Below are positions 50,850-64,000 of a stretch of 64,000 bases of DNA, in pieces. Each line of letters starts with the position of its first letter. Positions within the stretch are counted from its first letter, which is position 1. The stretch lies in assembly GCF_009914755.1 (NCBI RefSeq), contig NC_060934.1. The stretch is one strand, 5' to 3'. The notes beneath the pieces were generated by a model, which saw only the letters and a list, made by a program, of their open reading frames with translations, searched no databases and was not told where the DNA came from. The stretch comes from the human T2T-CHM13v2.0 reference genome, Homo sapiens. The translations under genes were made by a program, and so were the position numbers.

Positions 50850-51528
50850 TAGAATCTTGTTTTTCACTCCCAGGGAGCATTGAAACAGAGTAGTCACAAA
50901 ATAAATGTTTAGAAAAAAATTTAAAAGTTGCATATATTACTGTCGCAGGATTAGTAATTGTCACTCTACTGTGAAGCCTTTTTATCCCCCTCACTTAGAC
51001 AAAAGGCTTGTGACCTGAGGCCCTTCTCTACTGAGTGATTTTCTTTCAAATCACAGCATGCATAGACACTCAGTATATCTTTTCCGATAAAATTAGGTAT
51101 GTGTTTTCTTCATACCCTGTTGCACCAGGAATCAAAATGTCTGTATCACTCTCAGGTTCCGTCGCCCTGAAACCTTCAAGTTCTGTCGCCATGAAATCTT
51201 GCTGGGTCTTGTCACTGCTCCACGGGACAAAATGTGATGAACAGAGGTGGTTCGGGTGCCGCGCTTCTGAGAGGAGTGACTTGGGTCTCCCGGCTGAGGC
51301 TGCGATGCCACTGCCCGCTGACGGCCCACTTGCCAGGATGTCCTGGCCTGAGGACACCCCAACGGGGAACAGAGGTCGAATGACGTGTGGCTGCTCGGAG
51401 CCTGTTCTCCAGAGAAAGCTCCTTGTTCGAGGAAGGTTTCTGACACCAGAAATCATTCTGGTTTCTTGTCAGTAACTGGAGGGGAAAATCCAAAGCCTTT
51501 GTTGCTAAGATACATAACATCCTTCCAT

Positions 51529-51951
51529 GGAGAGAGGGAAGGAGAGAGAGAGGGAGAGGGAGGGAAGGAGAGAGGGAGGGGAGAGAGAGGGACACAGGAA
51601 GAGAGAGACGCAGAGGGAGGGAGGGAAAGGGGGGAGAGGAGGGAGAGAAAGGGAGGAAAGGAGGGAAGGGGGGAGAGAGAAAGAGAAAGGGACATAGGGA
51701 AGGAAAGAGAGAGGGAGAGGGAGGGAGGGTAAGAAGGGGGGAGAGGGGGAGAGAAAGACAGGAATAGAAAAAAGAGGGAGGGAGGGAGAGAGGGACGGGG
51801 AGGGAGAGAGGGACGGGGGGAGAGGGACAGAGGGAGGGAAGGAGGGAGGGAAAGAGCAGGGAGAGAAGGGGGAAGAGAGAGGGGAGGGAGGTGGGGGAAG
51901 AGGGCAGAGAGGGAGAAAGAGAAGGGAGGGAGGAAGGGAAGGAGAGAGAGA
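51529..51951. repeat. GA-rich polypurine tract (~420 bp)
   Basis: Nearly pure G/A on plus, polypyrimidine on the ADARB2 sense strand. Confidence 0.95.
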
Positions 51952-53394
51952 TTTCAAAGCAGTTTTACTCTTCATGTGGTCTGTTTTAGCCCCTCCTCCT
52001 CTGCCTTTCTTCTTGTGTGTGTTTAAAAGCTATTAATCAGTTTTAGAAAGCAAATCTCTGCCTCTGTTGTGAGCATCTCGATTTTTCTTTTGCATTTTCA
52101 GGGCATTCTCGCTGGAAAGGCTCAGTCATGCTGGACAAACTATTATACCAGTGGAAGTCTGTCCAGTTTCTGATAAAACCAAAACTAATTTATTTTTTGT
52201 TTATCCTCCACTACCTTTGACAGAGCTTCCTCTGGAGATGTGTATCTTCATTCCCCACTCCTTTCTATGTCATCTCTTTTTGTTTTGTTTTGCAACTGAC
52301 AAGGGGAAATAAATCTGACACCAACCTCGGAAGATGGTAATGCATTCAAGGCTTTTCTTCCCTCTCAGATGTGATAAAAATCTTGCCTAAAACCATGTCC
52401 AACCTTTTCAGCAGAAAGTCCAGATGGCTTTGCAGCCTGTAAAACAGACTTTACTCACTGATGCCTCTCGGAGTGTCGGCAGGGCAATGTCTTTCTCGCA
52501 GCAGAAATGCAAAACAAAAGACAGCATCTGTGGCTTGCAGGGGGGCGGGGGCATGGGGGAGCTGTTGGTCATCTGGAAGTGCAAACAAAGAAAAAACTTA
52601 GAGCAAGCTCAGAAGAGAACTTCCCATGAATGGGAATTCCATCAGGTGGGCTGCAGGGTGAGGAGGAGATGGATGAAAATCAGCTGCAGTGGGTACGAGA
52701 ATAGATCATTTGAGATGAGGAAGAATTCAACTTTTCCACCATTGAAGATGAGTGACTGCCGATAGAATCAGCTCTGTGGTGGCCACATCTCTCCATCGGG
52801 GTGTGCTTGCAGTTCTGTTGGAGAAATTCCATTTCTGATGCCAGCCATGTGCAGATGGCTGAGGCTCACATGAGCAGTGTGTGTGCAAGAACAGAGGCCC
52901 AGGAAGACTTGTGATGCCTGGGACCTGGCGGGGTGACGTGGCTCCTCACTTACCCATCTTCAGTGTGAGGATGAATTCCTCATTTCTGTCAGCCACAGCT
53001 GCACACTCTGAGTGTGTGCTGATGGGCCCTTGACTCACCTGATGGCGTTTCACCTTACAGCTGGGGAAACTGATTCTCGAAGAAGGCAGCAGCCCCTCGC
53101 GTTGTTTGACTGATAACCAAGCAGAGGGTTCCAGTGATGTCGACCCTAGGACTTCTCCGGCTCTGACATGACTGTCTCGCTTCCCCCATCCAGCGATGGT
53201 AACCGCTGGGTCACACTGCCTTGCCTTTCTGTTATCTTGCCCCCAACGTCAAAGCTTTGCTGAGCTCATTATTACACCTGTGATGGAATTCCAGTCAAGC
53301 CATCTCCTTCCCTGAGTTGAAAATTGCTTCTCCCCTGATGCCAGCCCTAATTAGCGCTACCCAATTCTGACAACCCATGTGCCCAGAGCATGGA

Positions 53395-53567
53395 GTGGTG
53401 GCTCTCAGCCCTGCCTGCAAATTGTATTCTCCTGGGGAGATTTAAAAACTGTCCCCTGCCAAGGCCCCGACCTAGACCAATTGTGATAGGATGCCTGGGC
53501 TGGGGCCAGGATGTCTCTGTTTGTCAAAGCAGATTTCTGTGTGCAGCTGGAGTGCGGAGTCACTGGC
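53395..53567. mobile_element. MER5-like hAT DNA transposon remnant
   Basis: agtggtggctctcagccctgcctgca...ctcctggggagatttaaaaact...atttctgtgtgcagctggagtgcggagtcactgg. Confidence 0.6.
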
Positions 53568-54442
53568 AGCAGGTAAGCAGCTGGCTTCTGCGGGAACGGC
53601 CCACATCCTTTCCTGGTGAAACATGTTGAATATCTTCATTACGTGTGTTCCTCTCACTTCAGGTGTGGAAATGCCGGTGTTCCAGGAAGGCCAGGACAAG
53701 GCCTTTCTGTTTGAGGTCATGGCGTTATGTCTGGTGCAGAGCTCGACATATGACGTTTGTCGCTGTTGGTTGGCTGATTGATGGGGCCTGGGGAGTGTGA
53801 ATGTGACATGGGATGTGGGAGAGAAACATCAGAGGAGCTAAAAGCCAAGAAATGACCTTCAAGGTGCTGCAAAATCTTGGGAAGAGTGTGAGAGTTCGGT
53901 GCAGGAAGATATGCTGGGGTTACAGGTATTTACATCCCAGGCATGTGTTGAAGTGGATTGCTGTGCACTTTTGACCTCTTTAAGTCATTTAGGTGATAAT
54001 CAGATAGAACATAACAATTTCACCAGGAAATGTTGGGGACAACATCAGAGATGTCCGATGCAATTTAGGAGAAAGAGTACAATGGACAGGGAGGACAAGA
54101 GGACCCTGAGTGCCGCTCTCTCTGGTGGTGGGAGTCTGGGCTCTGAGCTGACGTGTGCGCCTCTGTTTCTTCAATGACCTCTCTTGATACGATTTTGGAT
54201 CTGCCTCTAGAATCCTGACTTATTTAGAGATCAGAAATAGCAGAATGCATGAAGGGTCTCATTAAGAATTTTTGCTTTTTAGAATTACCTAAGTTTAAAA
54301 TACAGAATAATGATAAATGGTTTTATTTTATTCTTTCAAAATATTTTTCAGAAAATAATCTCTAATATCATTGAATATGGGAGAAGTACAGCTTCTTTAA
54401 GACCCTGTTGATTCACAGACTGTAGTAGGAAAAGGTGGCCTA

Positions 54443-54860
54443 TGTGTGGTGCAGCAGTAAGCTCTTGCTGTGTAATGACCATCCCCAAGCGCAACGGCTC
54501 AGTCAGCAAGCATTTGCTCCTCACTCAGGAGCCTGTGGTTGGACTGGGGTGGGGTGATATTGACTGGCCTGTGCAGCTTGGCTTCCAGCTGTGCTGTGGG
54601 GTCAGGCCCGCTCCATGTGCAACTCCCTTTGGATCAGCCCCTCTGGAGACCCCTTCCTGTCATGGTGCTGGCAGATGTGCCAGGGTCCAAGTCCACCTGC
54701 TCAAGTGAACTTCAAACCTCTGCTTATTGGGACCCTCCAGTCCCACTGGCCTAAGCAGGATCCACGTGTAAGACAAACATGAATGGGAGGGGAAAGTATG
54801 TTCCCTCCACGGAGGAGGGAGAGAAGGCGAATATTTACTGACCTGTAATCTAACCCATCT
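54443..54860 (-). mobile_element. Old MaLR MLT1-like LTR
   Basis: ttgctgtgtaatgaccatccccaag...cagtcccactggcctaagcaggatccacgtg...ggggaaagtatgttccctcc. Confidence 0.5.
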
Positions 54861-55623
54861 CAACAGCTTAGTGTGTGCAGACTGTAGAAAAATGTGAAGG
54901 CTCCAGGAAGTCTGTACTAAAGCTTTCATTCCCCACTGCTGGTCTCTCACAGTAGAGATGCTGCTTAACCCCATTATCGGAGGACAGGACTGAAATGGTT
55001 ATTGGCTACTGATGATTCCATAACGTATTCTATGCTTTTCCAGACAACTGCCACATTGAGACACCTAACTGGCGGCAGAGAATTGAGGGACAGGCCTGGT
55101 GCATGGGAGTCTTCCTGTGGTGCTGTGGAGTACAGAAGGCCAAGTGCTCCATCACAAACGTTGGGGGAGGGCAGGGGGAAGGGGTCAGGATGGTTGTCTG
55201 CAGCTTTGCCTGGGACTCTCTGCATTTAGCATCTTTCTATCCACAACATATGTAATGACCCCAAAACTCCTGGGACACAATCAAGTGTGGAAAGGAGGAG
55301 GCCCTGCTGTCTGTGTTCTAAGCTCAACAACATAATTGGAAAATGGGAGAGTAGTTTTTAGCCACCCTCATTTCTACTGCAAAATTCCTTTTTCACTCAT
55401 CCCTTTCTCCTTCCTTACTGCCAGAAAAAATACACTCCTTCTCTGCTCCCAGCCTGGCTCCTTGCTAAGATGCTCGGTGCTGTCCTGCCCGCTGCCTTCA
55501 GGGCAGTAACAGTCTGTCTTTTCTAACTCCCATCTCTCCAGTATTTTATTTGTGTAATTTTTCGTGTTTTCCTTTTCTTTTCCTCCTATACAAAATACCT
55601 ATCTAAACACAAACAAAAATAAG

Positions 55624-56610
55624 TATCCTGGATTCAATAGTATCCTCCAAATTTAGGTCTACCCAGAACCTCAGAGCATAATGTTATTTGGAAATAGGGT
55701 GTTTGCAGATGTGATTAGTAAAGGATTTAGAAACGAAATTATCCTGGCCTTAGAGGAAGCCCTAAATCCAGGGACTGGTGTCTTTATCGCAGGGAGGAAG
55801 GGAGGTGTAGCCCCCGTCGGCCTTGGGTATGGAGGGAGGCGTAGCCCCCGTCAGCCGTGGTTATGGACCCGCAGGTGTTATGTTTCTTCACTGCAACTGA
55901 GCCCCATTAGCTCAAAGCTTGCCAGAGCCAAACTCAAGTTTTTACACATCCAGTTATTTTAAAAATAGCCCAAACAAGCAGATTTTTAGCCGTTGAAATG
56001 GTACCTGCTTGGCATTCCCTGTGAAACCTTACCATAGAGCTGTTCCCCACTGATAAGGTGGGGCCTTGTGGTTATAAGACCACTGGCCGTTCAGACCCCG
56101 AAGAGCCCTCTGACCCAGAGACCCCCGAGGGTGGCTGCGTGGCATCGCCTGGACAAGGAGCCCCCTCTGAACCCCTCTTCCCAGCAGCTCCCTTGCCCTC
56201 CTCTCCTCTTGGAACAGTCTTAGGCCATGACAGATGCCCCTGCATGCAAATCTGTCCAAGCGCCAGCCTCATACAGCCTGTGTGCGCTCCTGCCACCGGG
56301 GGGCACACCTTTTTCCTCGGTAAGCCCTGAAACTCCCCCAGTCTAGAGACGCGGGCACAGCCAGGACAGCAGCAGCCATGGAGGCAGGGGCTGGAGGGAT
56401 GCAGCTGCAGCCCGGGGCAGAGGATCCCCAGCCATGGCTGGAGGCCAGGAGAGAGGGTGGGACAGATGCCCCTTAGAATCAGAAGGAACCAGCCCTGCCC
56501 ACACCTGGAGGTCAGCTCTGGTTCCAGAGCTTTGAGAGAATAAACTTCTGTCATTTCAGCCACCTGGGTGTGCTCACTTGCTGTAGCGGCTGAGGAGCTC
56601 TCACAAACAC
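55624..56610 (+). mobile_element. MLT1-type LTR split by a probable second LTR fragment (~55876-56340)
   Basis: ttatttggaaatagggtgtttgcagatgtgattag at ~55685 and aaggaaccagccctgcccacacc...gagaataaacttctgtcatttcagccacc at ~56480-56565 are the two MLT1 halves. Confidence 0.6.
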
Positions 56611-57118
56611 AGCCTTGCTTTCCACTTCCCTCCCTCCTATTTGAGATAGCAAAAAATGGACCATTCTGTCATTTATTCATTTCAGAAACACACACATTGT
56701 CTCCATTGTGCCTCCCACATGCCAGGCAGCAAACGAAACGGACAGAGATCTGTCATTCCGGGAGACTAAAATGTAGGGAGTAGATGCTATTGAAAAAAAT
56801 AACACAAGTTTATAAAGACAAAATGAAGTTTCTCACAATGGCTTTGTAAACACAGCTTGGGGAAAACAGCCGGCTACGTTTTTATGTTTTTTTGCCAAGG
56901 AAGGTTTTTTGGAGTGGCTGGACTTAAGGGTTTCCATGGAGTCTGCTCTGGGTGATCCCGGGGGCACATCCCAGGGCTGAGCAGATGTTGTCTCTTGAAA
57001 GTGAGGTTTTCCCTTCACCTAATTTACAGCCTATATTTGAGATGCTATTGCGCTTAAAACCTAGGCAGGATGGTATGCACAAAATTCACCTTGAGGGAGC
57101 CCAGAGAAGACTTCATAG

Positions 57119-57624
<506 letters not shown>

Positions 57625-60309
57625 TGATGATAGTGAAGCCAGCTGGAAGACACATGCTCTTAAATGTCTTGTGTGTTAAGAAGGAAAGCGTAAGTGACTA
57701 GGAGACCAGATCACAGGGACCCCAGCTAATCTGGGGAGTCACGAAGGGGCCCCAGATGAGGAAACCCACAAGCAGAGCCTGGAAGGCATCAGGAGCCTGC
57801 CTGCAAAAGCCAGGAAGTGCAGAACCAGTGTGCGCAGAGTGTGAGGGGTACCTGCCTCACTGGGGGACGTGGACGTGGCCACAGCCCCAGCCTGGACTGC
57901 CCCTCACATGTCAGCAGGGGTGTCCTTCCCCTGCCCCTGGTGAAGATCTAGCAGACTCCAGGCATTAGAAAATTCTAGAGTCACTTTAAGTCGCAAGCAG
58001 TGACTCCTTTGGTGATTTTAAGTGTGCAGCCCAGTATGTCATCCACTAGTTTGGACGGTATGCAAATGAGAACTCTGCCCTGGCTGATCGCCTGTGTGAG
58101 ATTCTCAGCCCTGACCACAGGAGGATGAGGCTGTGTCCTGCAGACCTCATGGGGAAGCTGCCCTCCCATCCCACACTGGTGCATGGCTTGGTGTAGCAGT
58201 TTTCTGTAGGACGTGGAGCTAAGGACATTTCATCCATCGGACTAGGGACTCTTCTACCCCTGGGCTTCGCCTCCTTCTGCTTCCTGACCTCCTGGGTTAT
58301 GATGCAGCAGCAGCCTTTGGTTTGGGCTCCTGGGCAAAGAGAGGGTCCCACAGTCTGGTCCCCTGTGCTTCCGGGGGCCATGCGGACACCCTGGCCTCTT
58401 CCCTGCTCTGTGTCTCCAAGTGAATAAAGTGCAGTTGCTACTTGAATGTGGCTCATTGTCCTAACGGCCACTTCACGCCTGGCCATCAACCACATGCTGG
58501 AGTTACCTACCTCACCAGGGGGGCCCGGTGGAGGACCCTGGAGGCAGAGGTCCTTTTCCTTGGTTCCCCACCATCCTGGCCGTACCCACCACACTTGTCT
58601 CATCTCGCAGGGATGAGATTTTCCCACTCTGCCCTCCAGCTGTTTAAAGATCCTTCCCTTTTTTGGTGCTTTTGGGATTTTTAAAAATAAAAACTATCAT
58701 AGTTGCCTCTTAAGTAGTCTCTCTGCTTCTCATCTGTCTTCCTTCCAAACCCTTTTAGCCTTGCTGGTGGCTTAAGTTTTCTCACATGCAGGTATAATGG
58801 CATCTACAGATGGATGCCCATTGAAGGCTGCCCTTGCAGCAGGGATGGTTCTTCCACATCCCCTCCTGTTCCTACAGTGACGGCCGCTCCCAGCCTCTCA
58901 CACCACACCACACCACACAGCCAGGCTGATGCCAGCTCCACGTCCCCCACACCACCTCTCCTTGGGGCACCCCCACGCCTCTCCTCCTGACATTGCTGGG
59001 CTCACACAGACACCTCCTCCTCCACTAATCAATTCCCCCCATGTGTGCTCCTATAACACTTAAAAATATCTTTCCTATGTTACTCATGACACGGTATAAT
59101 TTGTTCATTCGTTCAATGAATATTTACTGAAGACCTGTTCAAAATGCTTCTTTAGGTGCCTCCCTAAGCATAGCAATTGTATCTTCCTCATTTTAAAATT
59201 CCTCGTGGGCTTCATAGATGCTCAGTAAATATTCACTGAAAAGGGATTTGGATTTAAAATCAAAACATACAGATGTGAATCTGCTGCCATGCACTGTCTG
59301 GCTGTGGGCAATCATTTACCCTGCTCTTGGAGGCTTGTTTTTCTCATCCATGAGATATTACAATCCCACTTGTTCTTTCACCTTGATGAGGTCACTATGC
59401 CAAAAGAGAGGACATGTAGGCCAAGGTGCTTAGAAGATAAAGCAATATGCAATGTAAGATGCTGCTGTGATTGTCAGGGTTGTGACATGCTTCTGGGATC
59501 AGTGATCAAGGAGCTGAATTGGCCCTGGTGTCCACTCTATTGCCAGACCGTGGTGTCATCTCCCACTTAAAAACCACTGGTTCTGAGAGGAATTGACCAA
59601 ATACAGGGCACATAAGCACTGGTCAGAAAGCTCACTCCTCTTGGTAAAATACTGAGGAATTACGGAACGCTTTCTTGTCTCTTCAGTTATGGTACTGATG
59701 ATAAAATCGTGGCACAGGGATTTAACAGGTCCACACGGTTATGGACTCTGTGCGTGCTAATTTTAAAGATAACAAGATAAAATGTTTACTTAATTCCGTT
59801 AAAAATAAAATACAGAAGTGACTTAACTGCTGAATGTTCATAGAGATGAGAAAAATTAAGTGGCCAAGCAAGTCATCAACTCTGGTTACCACCAACAGAG
59901 GGTGATAGCAGCCTTTGATATGGGGATAGGCTTGACCAGGCGAATTTTAGAACCTAAACAGATTATAAATGGAAGTGCTTACATACATTATTGAAAATGA
60001 AACCCATCAAAATATTGAATATCAATCAATGCCCAATATAAAACCGTTAAGAAAATCAACCTTAAACAGAGAACTTTCTTTTCTTGATGCTTCTCTCTTC
60101 TCTCTGTCTCTCTCTGTCCCTCCATTCCTCCCTCCTTCCCTCCCTCTTCAGGGTTCATTAATTTGGCTGATTAAATACTAGGGTGACTGCTTAGGATTTA
60201 GAGTAAAGACCAAGCATCCCTGAGAAATCATTATGGATTTCTTGTGGTTTATTTCCTGTCATTGAATTTTGTGCCAACACCTCTGGTATAATCCTGCCAA
60301 GTAGCTAAT

Positions 60310-60558
60310 TTTTAACAAATAGACTATATTTTAAAGCAGTTTTAAGTTCAAAGCAAAACTGGGCAGAAGCTACAGAGATGTTCCCTGTACCTGCTGCCCC
60401 CACACATGCACCTGCTCCTCTATTATCAAAGTCCCCACAATTGGTGACCTTACAGTGACACATCACTACCACCTGGAGCCCACGGTTCACAGGAGGGCTC
60501 ACTCTGGTGTTGTGCACTGCATGGGTTTGACAAATGTATAAAATGTATCTCCCATCTA
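60310..60558 (-). mobile_element. L1MC-type 3'-end fragment, the target of L1 #4
   Basis: gcagttttaagttcaaagcaaaactgggcagaagctacagag...actctggtgttgtgcactgcatgggtttgacaaatgtata. Confidence 0.7.
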
Positions 60559-61462
60559 GGGAGGAGCCAAGATGGCCGAATAGGAACAGCTCCAGTCTAC
60601 AGCTCCCAGCCTGAGCGACGCAGAAGACGGGTGATTTCTGCATTTCCATCTGAGGTACCAGGTTCATCTCACTAGGGAGTGCCAGACAGTGGGTGCAGGT
60701 CAGTGGGTGCGCACACCGTGCGCGAGCCGAAGCAGGGCGAGGCATTGCCTCACTTGGGAAGCGCAAGGGGTCAGGGAGTTCCCTTTCCTAATCAAAGAAA
60801 GGGGTGATGGACGGCACCTGGAAAATCGGGTCACTCCCACCTGAATACTGCGCTTTTCCGACGGGCTTAAAAAACGGTGCACCAGTAGATTATAACCCGC
60901 ACCTGGCTCGGAGGGTCCTACCCCACGGAGTCTCGCTGATTGCTAGCACAGCAGTCTGAGATCAAACTGCAAGGCGGCAGCGAGCCTGGGGGAGGGGTGC
61001 CCACCATTGGCCAGGCTTGCTTAGGTAAACAAAGCATCCGGGAAGCTCGAACTGGGTGGAGCCCACCACAGCTCAAGGAGGCCTGCGTGCCTCTGTAGGC
61101 TCCACCTCTGGGGGCAGGGCACAGACAAACAAAAAGACAGCAGTAACCTCTGCAGACTTAAATGTCCCTGTCTGACAGCTTTGAAGAGAGCAGGGGTTCT
61201 CCCAGTATGCAGCTGGAGATCTGAGAACGGGCAGACTGCCTCCTCAAGTGGGTCCCTGACCCCTGACCCCTGAGCAGCCTAACTGGGAGGCACCCTCCAG
61301 CAGGGGCACACTGACACCTCACACTACAGGGTACTCCAACAGACCTGCAGCTGAGGGTCCTGTCTGTTAGAAGGAAAACTAACAAACAGAAAGGACATCC
61401 ACACCAAAAACCCATCTGTACATCACCATCATCAAAGACCAAAAGTAGATAAAACCACAAAG
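60559..61462 (+). promoter_or_regulatory. L1 5'UTR internal promoter (sense and antisense), YY1 site intact
   Basis: AAGATGGCC at 60569-60577; many CpGs retained. The junction gggtactc|caacagacctgcag is the short form lacking the 129-bp ZNF93-binding segment (recalled). Confidence 0.85.
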
Positions 61463-62475
61463 ATGGGGAAAAAACAGAACAGAAAAACTGGAAACTCTAA
61501 AAATCAGAGCGCCTCTCCTCCTCCAAAGGAACACAGCTCCTCACCAGCAACGGAACAAAGCTGGACGGAGAATGACTTTGACTAGCTGAGAGAAGAAGGC
61601 TTCAGACGATCAAATTACTCTGAGCTACGGGAGGACATTCAAACCAAAGGCAAAGAAGTTGAAAACTTTGAAAAAAATTTAGAAGAATTTATAACTAGAA
61701 TAACCAATACAGAGAAGTGCTTAAAGGAGCTGATAGAGCTGAAAACCAAGGCTCGAGAACTACGTGAAGAATGCAGAAGCCTCAGGAGCCGATGCGATCA
61801 ACTGGAAGAAAGGGTATCAGCAATGGAAGATGAAATGAATGAAATGAAGCGAGAAGGAAAGTTTAGAGAAAAAAGAATAAAAAGAAATGAGCAAAGCCTC
61901 CAAGAAATATGGGACTATGTGAAAAGACCAAATCTACATCTGATTGGTGTACCTGAAAGTGATGGGGAGAATGGAACCAAGTTGGAAAACACTCTGCAGG
62001 ATATTATCCAGGAGAATTTCCCCAATCTAGCAAGGCAGGCCAACGTTCAGATTCGGGAAATACAGAGAATGCCACAAAGATACTCCTCAAGAAGAGCAAC
62101 TCCAAGACACATAATTGTCAGATTCACCAAAGTTGAAATGAAGGAAAAAATGTTAAAGGCAGCCAGAGAGAAAGGTCGGGTTACCCTCAAAGGGAAGCCC
62201 ATCAGACTAGCAGCTGATCTCTCGGCAGAAACCCTACAAGCCAGAAGAGAGTGGGGACCAATATTCAACATTCTTAAAAGAATTTTCAACCCAGAATTTC
62301 ATATCCAGCCAAACTAAGCTTCATAAGTGAAGGAGAAATAAAATACTTTACAGACAAGCAAATGCTGAGAGATTTTGTCACCACCAGGCCTGCCCTAAAA
62401 GAGCTCCTGGAGGAAGCGCTAAACATGGAAAGGAACAACCGGTACCAGCCACTGCAAAATCATGCCAAAATGTAA
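61463..62475 (+). pseudogene. L1 ORF1, disabled
   Basis: MGKKQNRKTG start; in-frame TAG at 61583-61585 (codon 41); frameshifting deletion near 62277; normal TAA at 62473-62475. Confidence 0.92.
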
Positions 62476-62538
62476 AGACCATTGAGACTAGGAAGAAACT
62501 GCATCAACTAATGAGCAAAATAACCAGCTAACATCATA

Positions 62539-64000
<1,462 letters not shown>

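Noticed and set aside
51212-51975. Pro/Ser/Leu-rich and Glu/Arg/Gly-rich ORFs
   Set aside because: These are translations of the GA low-complexity tract.

Overview
Primate (human-like) genomic DNA lying inside the ADARB2 (ADAR3) gene, which runs on the minus strand. Only two coding exons are present: 29540-29654 (115 nt) and 728-896 (169 nt). They have canonical AG/GT ends, join in frame across a 28,643-nt intron, and encode the start of the deaminase domain including the CHAE zinc/catalytic motif. The rest is intron, filled with four L1PA elements, Alus, MaLR/ERV1 LTRs, old L1M/MIR/L2/MER5 remnants and several minisatellites. The other ORFs in the track are L1/Alu fragments or chance ORFs. 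I find no new protein-coding system. The most unusual signal is in the L1s. (i) One TSD-bounded L1 is a chimera with two tandem 3' ends of different age. (ii) Three neighbouring L1s share non-consensus substitutions, including a nonsense codon and a ~440-bp tract that is identical by eye between two inverted copies, which points to local ectopic gene conversion. (iii) These inverted and direct L1 pairs lie around the 115-nt exon of a dsRNA-binding-protein gene, so they could form long pre-mRNA duplexes or drive rearrangements. All comparisons were made by eye; repeat subfamily names and exon numbers come from recall and need RepeatMasker or alignment confirmation.
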